DNA of 64,000 bases from NCBI RefSeq assembly GCF_009914755.1, contig NC_060936.1. One strand, 5' to 3'. The notes below the pieces were generated by a model. It did no database searches. It saw only the letters and a program-made list of their open reading frames with translations, and was not told where the DNA came from. This DNA is from the human T2T-CHM13v2.0 reference genome, Homo sapiens. Below, one piece after another: positions 13,565-26,823 of this stretch (position 1 is the first letter of the stretch; every line of letters starts with the position of its first letter). The position numbers and the translations under genes are program-made.

Positions 13565-13685
13565 TTTAACACATGAGGAAGCTGAGACCTGGCACAGTTT
13601 AGTGACATGCTTGCAGTCACACAGCTGGTAAAGGAAGAACCAGGGCCAACAACTAGTGTCTTGCCACTTTTCCACTGTACTTCAC
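13565..13685 (-). mobile_element. MIR fragment
   Basis: CATGAGGAAGCTGAGACC...AGTGACATGC...GTCACACAGCTGGTAA. Confidence 0.75.
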
Positions 13686-15029
13686 CAGGCTTCCTCCTTG
13701 TGTCTATATGGTGTTTATAAAGAGATTTTTGAATATATTGTGATGTTGATAGGCAAACAATCACTGTACATTTTCTCTACTAAAGAGTGTACTTTCCTCT
13801 CAATGTTGTGTCCTCACAGCCTGGCAAAATTACTGGAAGACATACTAAAAGTTTATGCTAAATTGAATTATTTATGACCATTTAATCTACAGATCATATT
13901 TCTTAATCTCAGATATATATTGAAAATAACTAACCTAACTGGAAAGTTAGAGTATCACTTAGTTTACAAAAGAAAGCAATTAGCTCTAGTTAATGTGTCA
14001 ACACATTAAAAATTGAGTGTGTTGAGCCGGTGGGTTTGGAGATGATTTTAGTTCATAGCACTTCTTGTGAAATGCTAGAGAATACAGAGAGCTATATATA
14101 GCACTCTCCATTAAGAGAAACATCTGATTAAGTAGACAAAGGCTTTAGCATTCTTTATGTAGTGCATGTCTTAGGATTCGAATATAAGAATATTTTGAAT
14201 TTCATCCTAGGCAACAGAAATACAAGTCTCATTTATGAAATCCAAATCAGTAATCTGAGAAATGTGTTGAGTTAGTGACTTTAAGTATTTAGAGTTGTCT
14301 ACAGAGTCTTTCAAAAATGAGAAAATATAGAAAAATGCCTGCTGCTTTAACATTTTGCACTGTACAGATGGTTCCCTGGCCAACATAATTTTCTCTCTCA
14401 TTTTGATGATACAGACTGGAAAATGTCTCAACCAAATTAAGCTAATGGAGGTCAGTGTGTGGTATGTGCCATTAATTTGAAAAACAAGGAGATAGATAGA
14501 GGAAAGACAGGTAATGATTTGTGACAGAGGCACCCAAATTTGATTTAAACAATTCAATTATCCTTTTTAAAGTCCCCCAAAGAAATGCGCTGCAAAGCCC
14601 TTCATTCCCCACTCATGCGGATGGGACACAAAAGCTGCTTTTGATAATAGTTCCATATCACTTCCTCTGTGACACGCTGTGGGGACTGCAAGCCACAAAA
14701 CAAAACAAACACCTTCATGTCCTATTGTGAAAAGTTCAAGGTGGTCATACAGGTGAAGAGCTGTCCTCGTATGACCTGAAGAACAGGAGATTGCAAGTTG
14801 CATTTAGAAAGGCTTTCTTAGACAACATCCCTCTGGAAATATTGGGTCAATATTGCCAAAGCAGTTCTAGCATTACAAGAAAGTTATTTAAGGAAATTTC
14901 TATCTGCAACTGCCAAAGGATGCAAGGTAAATTTATGGTTCCGCCATGGCCTCAGAATGGAAACCAATGGAAATATGTACACTTGTTGAGCACATAGGCC
15001 CTGAAAGGAGAATCACACCTGGCCCTGTG

Positions 15030-15175
15030 GCCTATTAGGTACCTAACCATGGGCAGATTGGTTAGCTCCTCTAGGCATCATTTTTTTAATGTGTTAAATG
15101 GAGATAATATTAAGACTTACCTCATAAAATCCTTAGAAGGATTAAATGAAGTAATTCATATACAGCCCTTACAAA
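15030..15175 (+). mobile_element. MIR fragment
   Basis: TGTTAAATGGAGATAATA...CTTACCTCATA...AGGATTAAATGAAGTAAT. Confidence 0.75.
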
Positions 15176-16899
15176 CAAATGACATTTGTGTAGGTCAGAA
15201 CCAACTTACTAAAGATACCAGAGAAACTATTTTTTAAAAAAATAAAGACTTCATATATTATTGGTTTTTCTTATTTTAATAACTGCAAAAACAATTCAAA
15301 GTCTGCGTTTCAGCCATCATCTGGGAACTTCTTTGGAAATCAATGCATGTCATCTCTCACCCTGAAAAGAAGCAAGGGTCATTTGCTTACCTTGACATCG
15401 TGCAGCTTCATCTAGAGAGGTAAAGCCCATGTATGAGTTAGTGATCTTTTGAAAATGCTGCCTAAGAGAGGCACCAAAAAGAAAGTCAGAAGGGTCCATT
15501 AGCATCTTTCTAGCATCTGAAACAGGACACCCACAAAAGTATTTCAGAATCTTTTAAAATGCAGGCTTTGCAAAGAGTTCCACCTATAATAATGCCTACA
15601 GGGACTGCAAAACCATCATGCTATCCTACATATTCATGGAATGAATAAAAGCAACTGGGTGGATTTGATTGAGCAAAGACTGGAGTTGTAAGCAGTATCT
15701 GGCACATAGTAAGTTCTCAATAACTGGAAGCTAAGGTGATGGTAACAAAGATAACAGATATAGCAGAAGGGAAAGCACATCTTAAGAGGAAAACAAAAAA
15801 GAAATTCAGTTAGATATTGTTTGTCAATGACAATGTAGATAATAAAAAAAAATTGTTCATCCTACCATAAATATTTGATCTGGAAGTAATTTTTATTTAA
15901 CTACTGTATCCTAAAGCTCCACATTTGCAAGGGCTGTGAGTTGAAATATGACCTGGATATTAAATGCTCCAAAATATTAAATAGCTGATCATATTTTGTT
16001 GGACTCCTAGATGGAAAATGCAAACACATAGTTCACTTTTTGACAACTTTGTGATGTGGATTACCTAACTGAACAATTATTGAGCATTTACTCATCTCTA
16101 TGTGTTTAGTCAACCAAAAATTATCAATAAGTAGAAATAGCTTTATAGCAGCTCTTTGTCTAGCAAGGGATACAGATGCACAAACCAATAATTTAAAAAT
16201 CCAGTGGAGGAAAGAGGTATTTACAAGAGCATACAGATACTGGACACTGAAGACATTCAGAGGCCAGGACTGGGGCTTGGAGGGTGAGCTAAGGAGTTAA
16301 GAATTTTTATCACTTTGACCATTGCCTACTTTGTCAAATACGAAGCCAATTATAACAGATATTTATTTCAGAGAACACTGAAAGAATGAAGAAAGTATAT
16401 CATCCAAGGAGAGCAGATTTTTATTTTACTTACTTAAAATATAAGGCATTTTTCTTATGATTTTAAAATAGTATACTTGGGAAACCATTTTCTAGTGCTT
16501 CTGTATTTCAAGCAAATAGGACCAATTCTCAACAACCTGGTGATAAAAACCCTTTTTTTCTAAAACCCTAATATAGATTAGAAAGTTTGCATGACGTTTT
16601 ATAGACAACTTTCATTTCTATGGACTGAGCAAATATACCAAGTTTTTTGTGAATAAGAGAACATGCATCTCTTGAGTAGATAAACCTATTGCTGACTCTT
16701 GGTGCCAAATGCCCACTTTGATTAGAATTTCCTCTCTTTTCCACTACAGAATATTTTTGCCAGATGGAATAATTTACCCAAGCTTGCCACACCTGCAATT
16801 TTTTTGTTTTGCTCAAAGTGCATTTTTAGTCTGATTCTCCATATTGCATGTAATTTTGGTTTTTGCTTGGATGAGGAAATCAAACTGTCTGTACTGTTC

Positions 16900-17530
16900 T
16901 CTGTCTGTTCAGATACCCAAGGCAGGGGGCAGAGGCCCAGTGTGTCTTGCCTGTGTATCCATACATGCCATCCCCACAGGACTGGCCCAAACTTTGGCGG
17001 GCAATCTTGCCCGCAGAATCGGTGAGCTGATGATGAATGGCTGTGAAGGCTTTGTGATTGCTCAGGCTCCTTTGTGGGGCTGGACAATGGAGGAGGACAC
17101 AAGTCTGGCTCAGGAGAGCAACGGATAAAACTGCTGGGCAGGATGGCGGGCTCCTGCCGACACGACCACTTGTTGACATTGAAAGAATTTCACAACAACT
17201 GAGCAGAAACAGAAACGATTCTGTTCGGCAGGGCTATTAGTTGCAACGTGTGGCACCGGAGCGGTCACTCCTGATGTGTTTCCTCACTAATGAGCTCTGA
17301 ATGCCCATTAAACTGGGCTGCTATAGGCCCAGAACCACCCGGACAATGGCATGCATGAATGCCTTCCCCTGTTGCTATTGGTTGGCCCAAGGAAGAAACA
17401 ACTGGTATCACTCAAATTTAAACAGAGTTGACAGTACAGTTAAATGATCATTAATTAGAGTTTGTGGGCAGATAAAGACTCAGAGCCATTTCTAATGACA
17501 AGATAGGTTAGCGTGACTCACTTGGAAGCA
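16900..17530. promoter_or_regulatory. Candidate cis-regulatory element (unique, locally CpG-rich, motif-dense)
   Basis: About 13 CpGs in 16998-17341 versus the depleted background; SOX, E2F, MEIS, homeodomain, GATA and AP-1 motifs; no repeat signature recognised. Confidence 0.5.
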
Positions 17531-17734
17531 TAACCCAGTCTGGCTCTGCCCTATTTCTTGGGCCATGTGGAGAGGCTTACAAGGGATTTTAGATAGGGTA
17601 AAATAATCTGTATAATAGTGTGTTGGAGAGGACAAAAAAAAGATATATAAGGCAAAGAGGTTTTTGGATGACTAGGAGTACCTCCCAAGATAGTGGTGAG
17701 AACTGAATTCGATTATACATTCAAAAAGTCTTCT

Positions 17735-17930
17735 GGGATGTGGTAGTGAGGTGGAAAGAGTGAGAGACTTTGATTTAAAACCAGGTTCGAATCCTGGCTC
17801 TTAAATATAATTGTTGGGTAATCTTGAGCATCATTTTAAACTCGGGAGCCTCCATTTCTTCACCTGGAAAATGGGATAATCCTAATACCAACTTCACAAG
17901 GTTATCACAAGGATCAAAAGAAGACCTTGC
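17735..17930 (+). mobile_element. MIR SINE
   Basis: B-box-like GGTTCGAATCCTGGCTC; core TTTCTTCACCTGGAAAATGGGATAAT. Confidence 0.85.
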
Positions 17931-18453
17931 AAGTTAGGTTGACTGTTGCTGATCTCTCTCTTTTGAGTAGCATACATTATGCATGGATATGCCTTGGGTA
18001 GAATGGTCCACTAGCCTGTAGAACAGTAAAGGTAAAAACTGTTCTAGTGAAAGGGCAAATTTAAACTTTGTTTTCCAAACATTTCATTCTGAGAGGAATG
18101 ATTCAAGCTGCATTAACACCTCAGATAAGCTCAAGAGAAAAGTTGATTACTCTCATAGGCACTTCTCCTAATTGTTCATCTCATGATAGTTTTTCCTTAA
18201 AAATAATGGCAGTAGAGCTGAATAAAGAACAATATTTAACAATAGCCATTATCATCAAGAAATTGACATCTTGTTCAGAAAATTAAAAACTATACTCATG
18301 TTCATCCTTGATGTCAACATTCATCCCTAAGCTGATCACTCCTAAATCTCTATCTAGAACATCATCCGCTCTGCTATCGTCCATGTCTAGAATCCAAACT
18401 ACCCACTGAACATACCTAAATGGATATTTCATAAGTGCCTCAAAATTAATGTC

Positions 18454-18973
18454 TGTAAAAGTCAGCTTTTGTTGTATTTTAAACTACCCCAAAACCTGGT
18501 GGCTCAAAACAATAACTACTAATTTAGCTCATAATTCTGTGGGTTGGCAATTTGGGCTGGGTTCAACAAGGTGGTTGTTCTGGTGTTGGCTGGATTTACT
18601 CGTGTGTCTGTGGTCAGCTGTCTGCTAAGGTGAGGCCTGCCTGGCCCAGAATAAGTCAGGATGACCTATCTCTGCTGCATGTAGTCTTCCATCCAGTAGT
18701 AGGCTAAACTAGAGTTGCTCACATGGGGCTGCATGGTACCAAGAGAAAGAGCAAAGGTGTTCAGGGCCTCTTGAGGCCTAGAGTTAGAACTGGTATGCCA
18801 TTACTTCCTCTTTATTCTATTGGCCAATACAAGACTCAAGTCCAGCCCAGATTCAAGGGGTGGGAGAAGAGGAGTGAATGGGTTTCCACTTCTTGGTGGT
18901 AAGAACTGCAAAGATCCATTGCAAAGAAGCATGTTCACATGGAGAGAAATAATTGGGACCATTTTTATTAACA
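18454..18973 (-). mobile_element. MLT1H/G-type MaLR solo LTR
   Basis: AACTACCCCAAAACCTGGTGGCTCAAAACAA...AATTTGGGCTGGGTTCA...TTCTATTGGCCAA...CCAGCCCAGATTCAAGGGG. Confidence 0.85.
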
Positions 18974-19242
18974 GTCCCAAACTGAACTCATTATGTTCCT
19001 AGTAAAACTTTTCCTCACCTTTGTTTTCTCTAATTTGGTTAAAAGAATCAAGATCTTCCCCAAAACCTTAAGGCCATTCTGGGACATTCCATGTTGACAT
19101 TTACTGGATGACTAAGTTCATGTCTACCTTCTTAATTTATCTTCATTCAACACTGTCATCATTTCCATTCCAGAACACTCAGTGTTAATCTAGATCTGTC
19201 TCATTTGGGACTGAGCCGTTACAGTAACCCAACTGATCTCTC

Positions 19243-20036
19243 TGTCTTACTAGGGTGTCCAAGGGAGAGAATGCAGTCATGGGTTCTTAGTTTCTGTTTC
19301 TGGTTGGGCCAGTAAAGTCCCTTCCTCATCGCTCTTCAGAATATGGGTACAGACAGAAACTAAAAACTATAGCTTCTCACTGCTAAAAAGCTTAAAATAA
19401 AACAGAACAATGACAACAACAAAATAAGGCAGGTTGGACAGGCTTGTCTATTGCAATGTATAAAGTTAGCACAAATTTAGCAGCTTAAAACAACTCCTAT
19501 TTATTATCTCATGATTCCTGTAGGTCAGATGTCAGGTTGAGGTTTGCTGGATTCTCTACTCAGGGTCTCATGAGGATGTATTCACGATGATAGTTGGACT
19601 ATGCTCCTTTCTGGAGCTCAGGGTCTTTTACCAAGCTCATGTGACTCTTGGCAGACTTCAGTTCCTTAGAGTTGTAGGGCTGAAATGCCTGCTTTCTTGG
19701 TGGCCATCAACTGGAGACCACTCTCAGCTCTAGAAGTCACCTATTATTCCTGCCACAGGTCTTCTCCATACACATGAGAGTTTATTTCTTCCAGACCAAC
19801 AGAAACACATCTCACTGACTTTCATCTTTCCTCCACCCTAGTATGCTAAGACAGTCTTAGACATAATCTAACTAAGCACAAGAGTGACTCTCTCACCATC
19901 ATTTGCTATATAATGTAACCTAATCAAGGGAGCCATCATATCCATAGGTTCCTTCCAAGCTCAAGCATAGGGGATTACACAATGTGTGCACATCAGGAAG
20001 TGGAAAGCTTGGGAACCACTTCAGAATTCTACTACA
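19243..20036 (-). mobile_element. MLT1D/E-type MaLR solo LTR (interrupted near one end by MER107)
   Basis: TCTATTGC...GCAGCTTAAAACAA...ATTTATTATCTCA...CTACTCAGGGTCTCA...TAACCTAATCAAGGGAG...AGAATTCTACTACA. Confidence 0.85.
19251..19446 (-). mobile_element. MER107 (hAT-Charlie), ~196 bp
   Basis: GTGTCCAAGGGAGAGAATGCAGTCATGGGTTCTTAGTTTCTGTTTCTGGTTGGGCCAG...AAAATAAGGCAGGTTGGACAGGCTTG; TIR-like TGTCCAA/TTGGACA; strand assignment tentative. Confidence 0.8.
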
Positions 20037-20539
20037 TCCTCCTCCAACCCATCTTCCCTGAAAACAGCCATCTCTTTAGGATGCAAACTGGATTACACCA
20101 TCCCTAGGCTTTTAATCCCTTCCTAGATCCCTACTGCCTATAAGGTAAGGATCTTCCTTAACTGTTTGAATCTCTCCCTTGAAAATATTTCTCACATAAA
20201 CAAGGACACAGGGAAAAGGATCTCAGCTTTGGATGTAGCACATTGAATCAGAGAGGTAGATAGGCTAGCAGAAAAGTCACAGGCATATAAAGGATCTATT
20301 TGAACTTGAAATGTACCACTATCTGTTAGATTTTTTAATTTTATTTAATCATAGCCCCTATGGATCCTGAGAAATCATCAGAAGGAAGATATTTTGAGCC
20401 CAATATTTTTTTTTCCTTTAAGATTCTGGAAAATAAAATGTAAGCACACTGCATACAAACATAAGTTCATACTTATTAAAAACGTATTAAAACGATTACA
20501 ATAATCTCCAAAATCTATAGTTATAAATATTCAACATAA

Positions 20540-20925
<386 letters not shown>

Positions 20926-21194
20926 ATGTATCTGTATAAGTAAGATTACCTGTGAGCACTTGCAGTCTGGCAACATGATAGACAGACTCATTACAGAGCC
21001 CATTCCTGGATAAAACGCATACACGTATTGATGAAATATAACATGGTTTAGTTAAACACACATAAGTTCAAAATAAAGAAAGATATACTCCAAGATATCA
21101 GCATAAACAGCCAGAGTGAAGACTGAACAAACAAATTGAATACCAATCCAGGGGATGTCAGATTTGGATCTGTATACCAATAGCTAGGCGTTAG

Positions 21195-21509
<315 letters not shown>

Positions 21510-22121
21510 GGGTTTTCCATGTTTATTCAGGAACAGAAAACAAAGAAGATATGGCCTTGGGCCACTCAAGATGTGCAGCTGAACCTGAGGCATCCACATA
21601 AGGTTCTAACCCTGGTGGGGCTGCCCCACCACACAGGGAAGGAAAGAACGTCATCTTCACACACAAGGTCATGGAAGTAGCAAGGACATTTGTCTCTGTT
21701 TGAGGCTCTAGGCAGGACAAAAAAGTCTCCACCTTCCCCATGAAGTATCAAAACCCAAGCCTGAATTGCCTGCAGGTGTGGCGTGTTAATGCACATTTCC
21801 ACACTGCACTGGTATTCTAAGCAAAGAAACACAAGTAAGGATTTGTCTTATACAGAAATCTCTGGGCCAACCACCAAAAGCAAATGAATCCATTGTACAC
21901 TGTATAGAGACTCTTCTACCCTGGTGTGTAGAACCCCAAAAGAAGAAAATACATATAATGATGATGTCAAAAATTACAATCATATGGGAGAATGATCCAC
22001 TGTAAGGGAGAATCAGCAGACACAATAAAGAGAAAGATGAGTACCCCCACAATTTCAGATATTATTATGTCCAAAGGAGATAATAAAATTGAAAATAAGA
22101 ACCTTAATTTAAAAGATAATA

Positions 22122-22437
22122 TAACATGGATGGAGCTGGAGGTCGTAATCCTAAACAAATTAATGCAGAAGCAGAAACAGAAAACCAAATACTCCATGAT
22201 CTCACTTAAAGTAGGAGCTAAGCATTGAGCACACATGAACATAAATATGGAAACAATAGACACTATGGACTATGAGAGGGTCCATGGGAAAGGTTAAAAA
22301 AAATACACCTACCAAGTACTATGCTCCCTACCAGGCTGATGGGATCTGTACACCAAATCTCAGCACCACCAGGCAATATTCCCATGTAACAAACCTGCAC
22401 ATATACCTCCCATATCTAAAATAAAAGTTGAAATTAA
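22122..22437 (+). mobile_element. Old L1PA (PA15-17-like) 3' fragment nested in the L1ME
   Basis: AACATGGATGGAGCTGGAGGTC...AAAACCAAATACTCCATG...CCCATGTAACAAACCTGCACAT...CTAAAATAAAAGTTG. Confidence 0.9.
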
Positions 22438-24857
22438 GTAGAAAATGTAAAATAGACTGAAAACTCAGACAGTAGATTAGAAGAAAAACTACAAGGTACG
22501 GCTTAAAATGTAGAATTTCATTTAAACTAAAAACTCAATACACAAATTGACAACAAATTCGGAGAAAAATAATGACCTGGAGCTAAATATGAAGAAATTT
22601 CACAGAATGCTACATAGAGGGATGAAATAATAAAACATTTGAAAGAGATGTTAATGACAAGGAAGATATAGTGAAAGAGGATGATTTTAATAGACACTCC
22701 ACAAGATGAGATTAGAGAATGGGTGAGAGGAAATATTCAAAAATTGATTGAGATTTTCCAGAGTTTATTACAAACACAAATCCATCTACTGAAGAAGAAC
22801 ATTAGTACCAAGCACGCTGAAAACGGTGAATCCATACCTGATACATCATAATGAAACTGTAGAGAAAACTTATTTTTACCTCATCATGAGTAAAAAATAT
22901 ATTCCCTCCTGTGGAATAGTAGGGTGGCAAAAGACTTTCAGGCAACAAAAATAGAAGTCAGAAGATAATGAAATAATGCCTAACTCAACTAACACTTAAG
23001 AATGTGAGTAAATAAAGACATTTCAGTCATGAAATGACTGAGCCAGTTTATCACTCACAGACCCTCATTGAAAAAAATTACTAAATGATGTGCTTGACTA
23101 AGAAAGAGGCTGAAACTGAAAAGAGTAGGCTGCAAGAAGCAATGGTGAAAAAATAAAATAATGAAAATAGAATAAAAATAAAATAAACATGTGGGTAAAA
23201 ATAAACAAGCATTGACTATTTTCTTTTAAACAGAGTAATTTGGGTTTGTTTAAAAAAATATGGAATTATAATTTTAGACAACCATAACATTAAAAAAAGT
23301 GGCATGAGTGATCTAAGTTTTTTGTTTTCTTCTGAGGGAATGTGGGGATATTGTTAAACTTTAAGCTCTGTGAATACAGAGTTTAAAATTATGGGTACCC
23401 AGTAAAAGTATGAAAATAATATATATGACATCAATGCATAGTCGGGGAAAAGAAGGAATCGTCTCAAGAAGGCAGGAAAAGAGGAGAAAAAAAGAAGCAC
23501 CAACAAAAGAAAGCATGGTAAAAATAAAACTAGAAGTCAAACAACAAAAAAGAAGTAATATGTTCATCAATAATCACAAGAAATAGGAATTAATTTAACT
23601 CCATATTCTAAAGAAAGATATTCTGAGATGGAATAAAAATATAAAATCTTGCTTAGACTGTTTCTAAGAGACATTCCTGAAATATAATAATGAAAGACTG
23701 AAAGGGGTAAGAAGGAAAAGTGTATACCAGAAAAGATATTCACCAAAAGAAGGCAGATGCAGCATTATTGATGTTAGGCAAATAAGCCTTTAAGAGACAA
23801 AGAATTATTAAGAATAGTGATAAAAGGAATAATTTACTAGAAAACTATCTTAACCTGAAATAACTAAATCATATAGACTCTACTATGTAAAGCAGCAATT
23901 GGCAAACTTGATATAGATAATGACAGATTAACAAACACGGTTTGCAGTTTTCACATACTTCTTTGAGAAATTAGTAAGCCAGCTAAGCAGAAAAAATAAT
24001 TTTTATAAGTCACGAAAAATTTTGCAAAACAAAATAAAAACGATTAACTATATATGTTACACATTGGAAACTTACAGCCCCAAATTAGAAAATAGTATTC
24101 TTGAAGTAAGCACACCGTTAACATTTACAAATTTGACCAAACAAAAAGTCACAATGCAATTGTCAAAAAGCCCCAGAAAATCGAAATACACATCTGTTTT
24201 CTTATACCTTGGCACGAGTAAGTATAAAAAAATAGAATTCTAGTTAGAAACTGCCAATATATTTGAAAATTAGCAAAACATTTTAAAATAATTTACTGTT
24301 TAAAATGTGTTATTGAAGTTACAAAATATTTAAAATCAAATGACAAGATAAGCACTACCTTTTAAAGATCATAAAATGAAGCTAGTACTTGGAGAAAATT
24401 TATAATCTTTAACACAAATTAGAAAGGGGGAAAGATTAAAAATGAGTTAAACATTTAAATCAAGAAATTAGGAAATGAATAACATTGTAAATCTACAGTA
24501 ACTAGAAGAAAGGAAATAATGAAGGGAATATATTAATGAAAAAGAAAAAGAGAAAACAACTATGCCAAAAGCTTTTCTATTGAAAAGACTAATAAAATCA
24601 TTCTCTAGCTTGACTGATTGAAAAAAAAGAGAGAAGAAAGAAATAGTCAAAATTAGAAAGTTTAAAAGGGCAAATAAACACAGACGTAGAACATATTTAA
24701 AAGTATTAAGTGATATTTTAAACAACATAATATCAATTAATTTAACACAAATTATAAAAATGAACAATATCTAGGTAAATATAAATAACTATAATTGATT
24801 AAAGAAAAAATAGAAGACATGAGCAGATTTATTTTTAATCATCATATAAATTTAATC

Positions 24858-24910
24858 TACCAAACACCACCTGTTCCCCAAAAACCTATTAAAATAAATA
24901 ATAATAATTT
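24858..24910 (+). mobile_element. Tiny L1P 3'-terminal fragment
   Basis: CAAACACCACCTGTTCCCCAAAAACCTATTAAAATAAA. Confidence 0.7.
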
Positions 24911-26788
24911 TTTAAAAAGAAAGGAAAAAATAAATAAATTTAATCTATATCCAAAATTTCTTTGTTATAAAAAAGAATAGGCCACTATAATTTTACTAGA
25001 GTCCTCTTAAACTTTCCAAGAACAATTGTCCTGTTATATAAGATGTTTTAGAAAAGAGCAAAAAAGGAAAAACTCCCCAAATCACTTAAGGAGGCCAATT
25101 ACCTCTTCATAGCAAAAGTAGACAAATCAGTATTAGAAAGAAAACTTAAAGGCCTATCTCCTTCAGAAGTATAAATGCAAAAGTCACAAATAAAATAGCA
25201 ATTAATTGAACCCATCTCCTATGTGTGTATGTGTGTGTTTATACATAGTATTTAACATTAGAAATATTGGTTAATGTAGTTTATCATGTCAGCAGATTAA
25301 AGAAAAAAATGGTAATTTGAAAAAACAGAGAAAATACAACCCAGTAATTATTTAAAAACTTTTAACAAAATGGAAATTGAAGGAATCTTTCTGAAAGACA
25401 ATCTGTCTCAAACTGTAAGTAAACATAAGTATTGATAGAAGCATTTCCTTCAAAGTCAGAAACAAATCAAGAGTGCCAGTTATCAAGTTCTATTCAACAT
25501 TGTATGGAAGGTCTTAGCTAGTTGCAATAAAAAATAATGTGAATTAGCCAAGGACCAAGATAAAATAGCTGCAAAACACATATCTGACAAAGCACTTGTA
25601 TTCACAATATAAAAAGAACTTTTCCAGAATATATAAATAACTACAAATTACCTATGAATAAATCCAAGCAAAGATGTGAAAGCTCCTATCGATAAAATTA
25701 TAAAATTTTGTTGAGGCACACAAGGAAGATGTTAATATTTGAAGAGAGATACATATGTCCTTGTAGGAAGACTTAATATCATAGGATGTTAATTCTCATC
25801 TAATAAATCTCTAAATTCAATGCAACTAATCACAACCTTACAGAGTTTTTCATGAGCTTGATAGAAAACTAATTCTAAAATTAATATGGATGAGTAAAGG
25901 GCCAAGAATGATCAACAAAAATTTGAAGAAGAATTAGGAGGGGAAATTTTCTTGTTCAGATATCAAGTTATTATAAAGCTAGATTAATAAAATCTGGATG
26001 ATATTGGCATACTAGTAGACAAACAGACCAATGAAACAGACTAGAGAACTTGGAAACAAATCCATTTACACATATAGGAGAGAGAGACAGAATGTGTGTG
26101 TGTGTGAACCCATTTACACACACGGGTGTGCGTGTGTGTGTCTGTAGGCACATGCCAGAGCCTGTGTAAAACTGGTATATGATGAAGGTAACATTGTAGA
26201 TCACTGGAGAGTGAGAGGCGGTGGTGTACGGGAGAAACACTGACAACATGTTCTGGGACATCCGGCTTGCCATTCCAGATGGGTTAAAGCTCTAGATGTG
26301 AAATGCGAAACTTTAATACATTTAGAAAGAGAAAAGAGAAAATGCTTTTATTATAATTACATAATATAATTTATATAATATAATTAAATATTATATAATT
26401 TCTGAAAAATAATACCATATATAAGACGCAAAAAGCATAAGCCATAAATGAGAAGACTGATTAGAAATGGCACTACATTAAAATTTAAATATCTATATCA
26501 AAATAGACACCATGAACAAATAAAAAAGAGAAGCCACAGATTTTTTAAAATGCAAATGAAAAGATTAAAGACAATGTATTAGCATCCAAAACATATAAAT
26601 AATTTCAACTATTGTTAATTAAGTAACAAACAATTCCTCCCACTCAATGTCCACAATGAAATGGTTATTAATGAAGTAATTCACAGAGAGGGAGTCAAAA
26701 TATCAAAAAACGTCAATAGTAACCAGGAAAATTTCAGTAAAGCAACAGTGAGACAATGTAAGTGCCTCAAGTTTATAAAAATAAAAGT

Positions 26789-26823
26789 CTGGGCGAAAGA
26801 GCAAGACTCTGTCTCAAAAAATA
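26789..26823 (+). mobile_element. Micro-Alu (last ~27 nt of Alu plus short tail)
   Basis: CTGGGCGAAAGAGCAAGACTCTGTCTCAAAAAATA with perfect 15-bp TSD AAAAATAAAAGTCTG at 26777-26791 and 26824-26838. Confidence 0.9.

Larger units (their letters stand above)
18300..20162 (+). mobile_element. L2 host fragmented into three pieces (~18300-18453, 18974-19242, 20037-20162) by nested LTRs
   Basis: L2 sequence ...GCCTCAAAATTAATGTC resumes as GTCCCAAACTGAACTC after MLT1H and as CCTCCAACCCATCTTCC after MLT1D. Confidence 0.65.
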
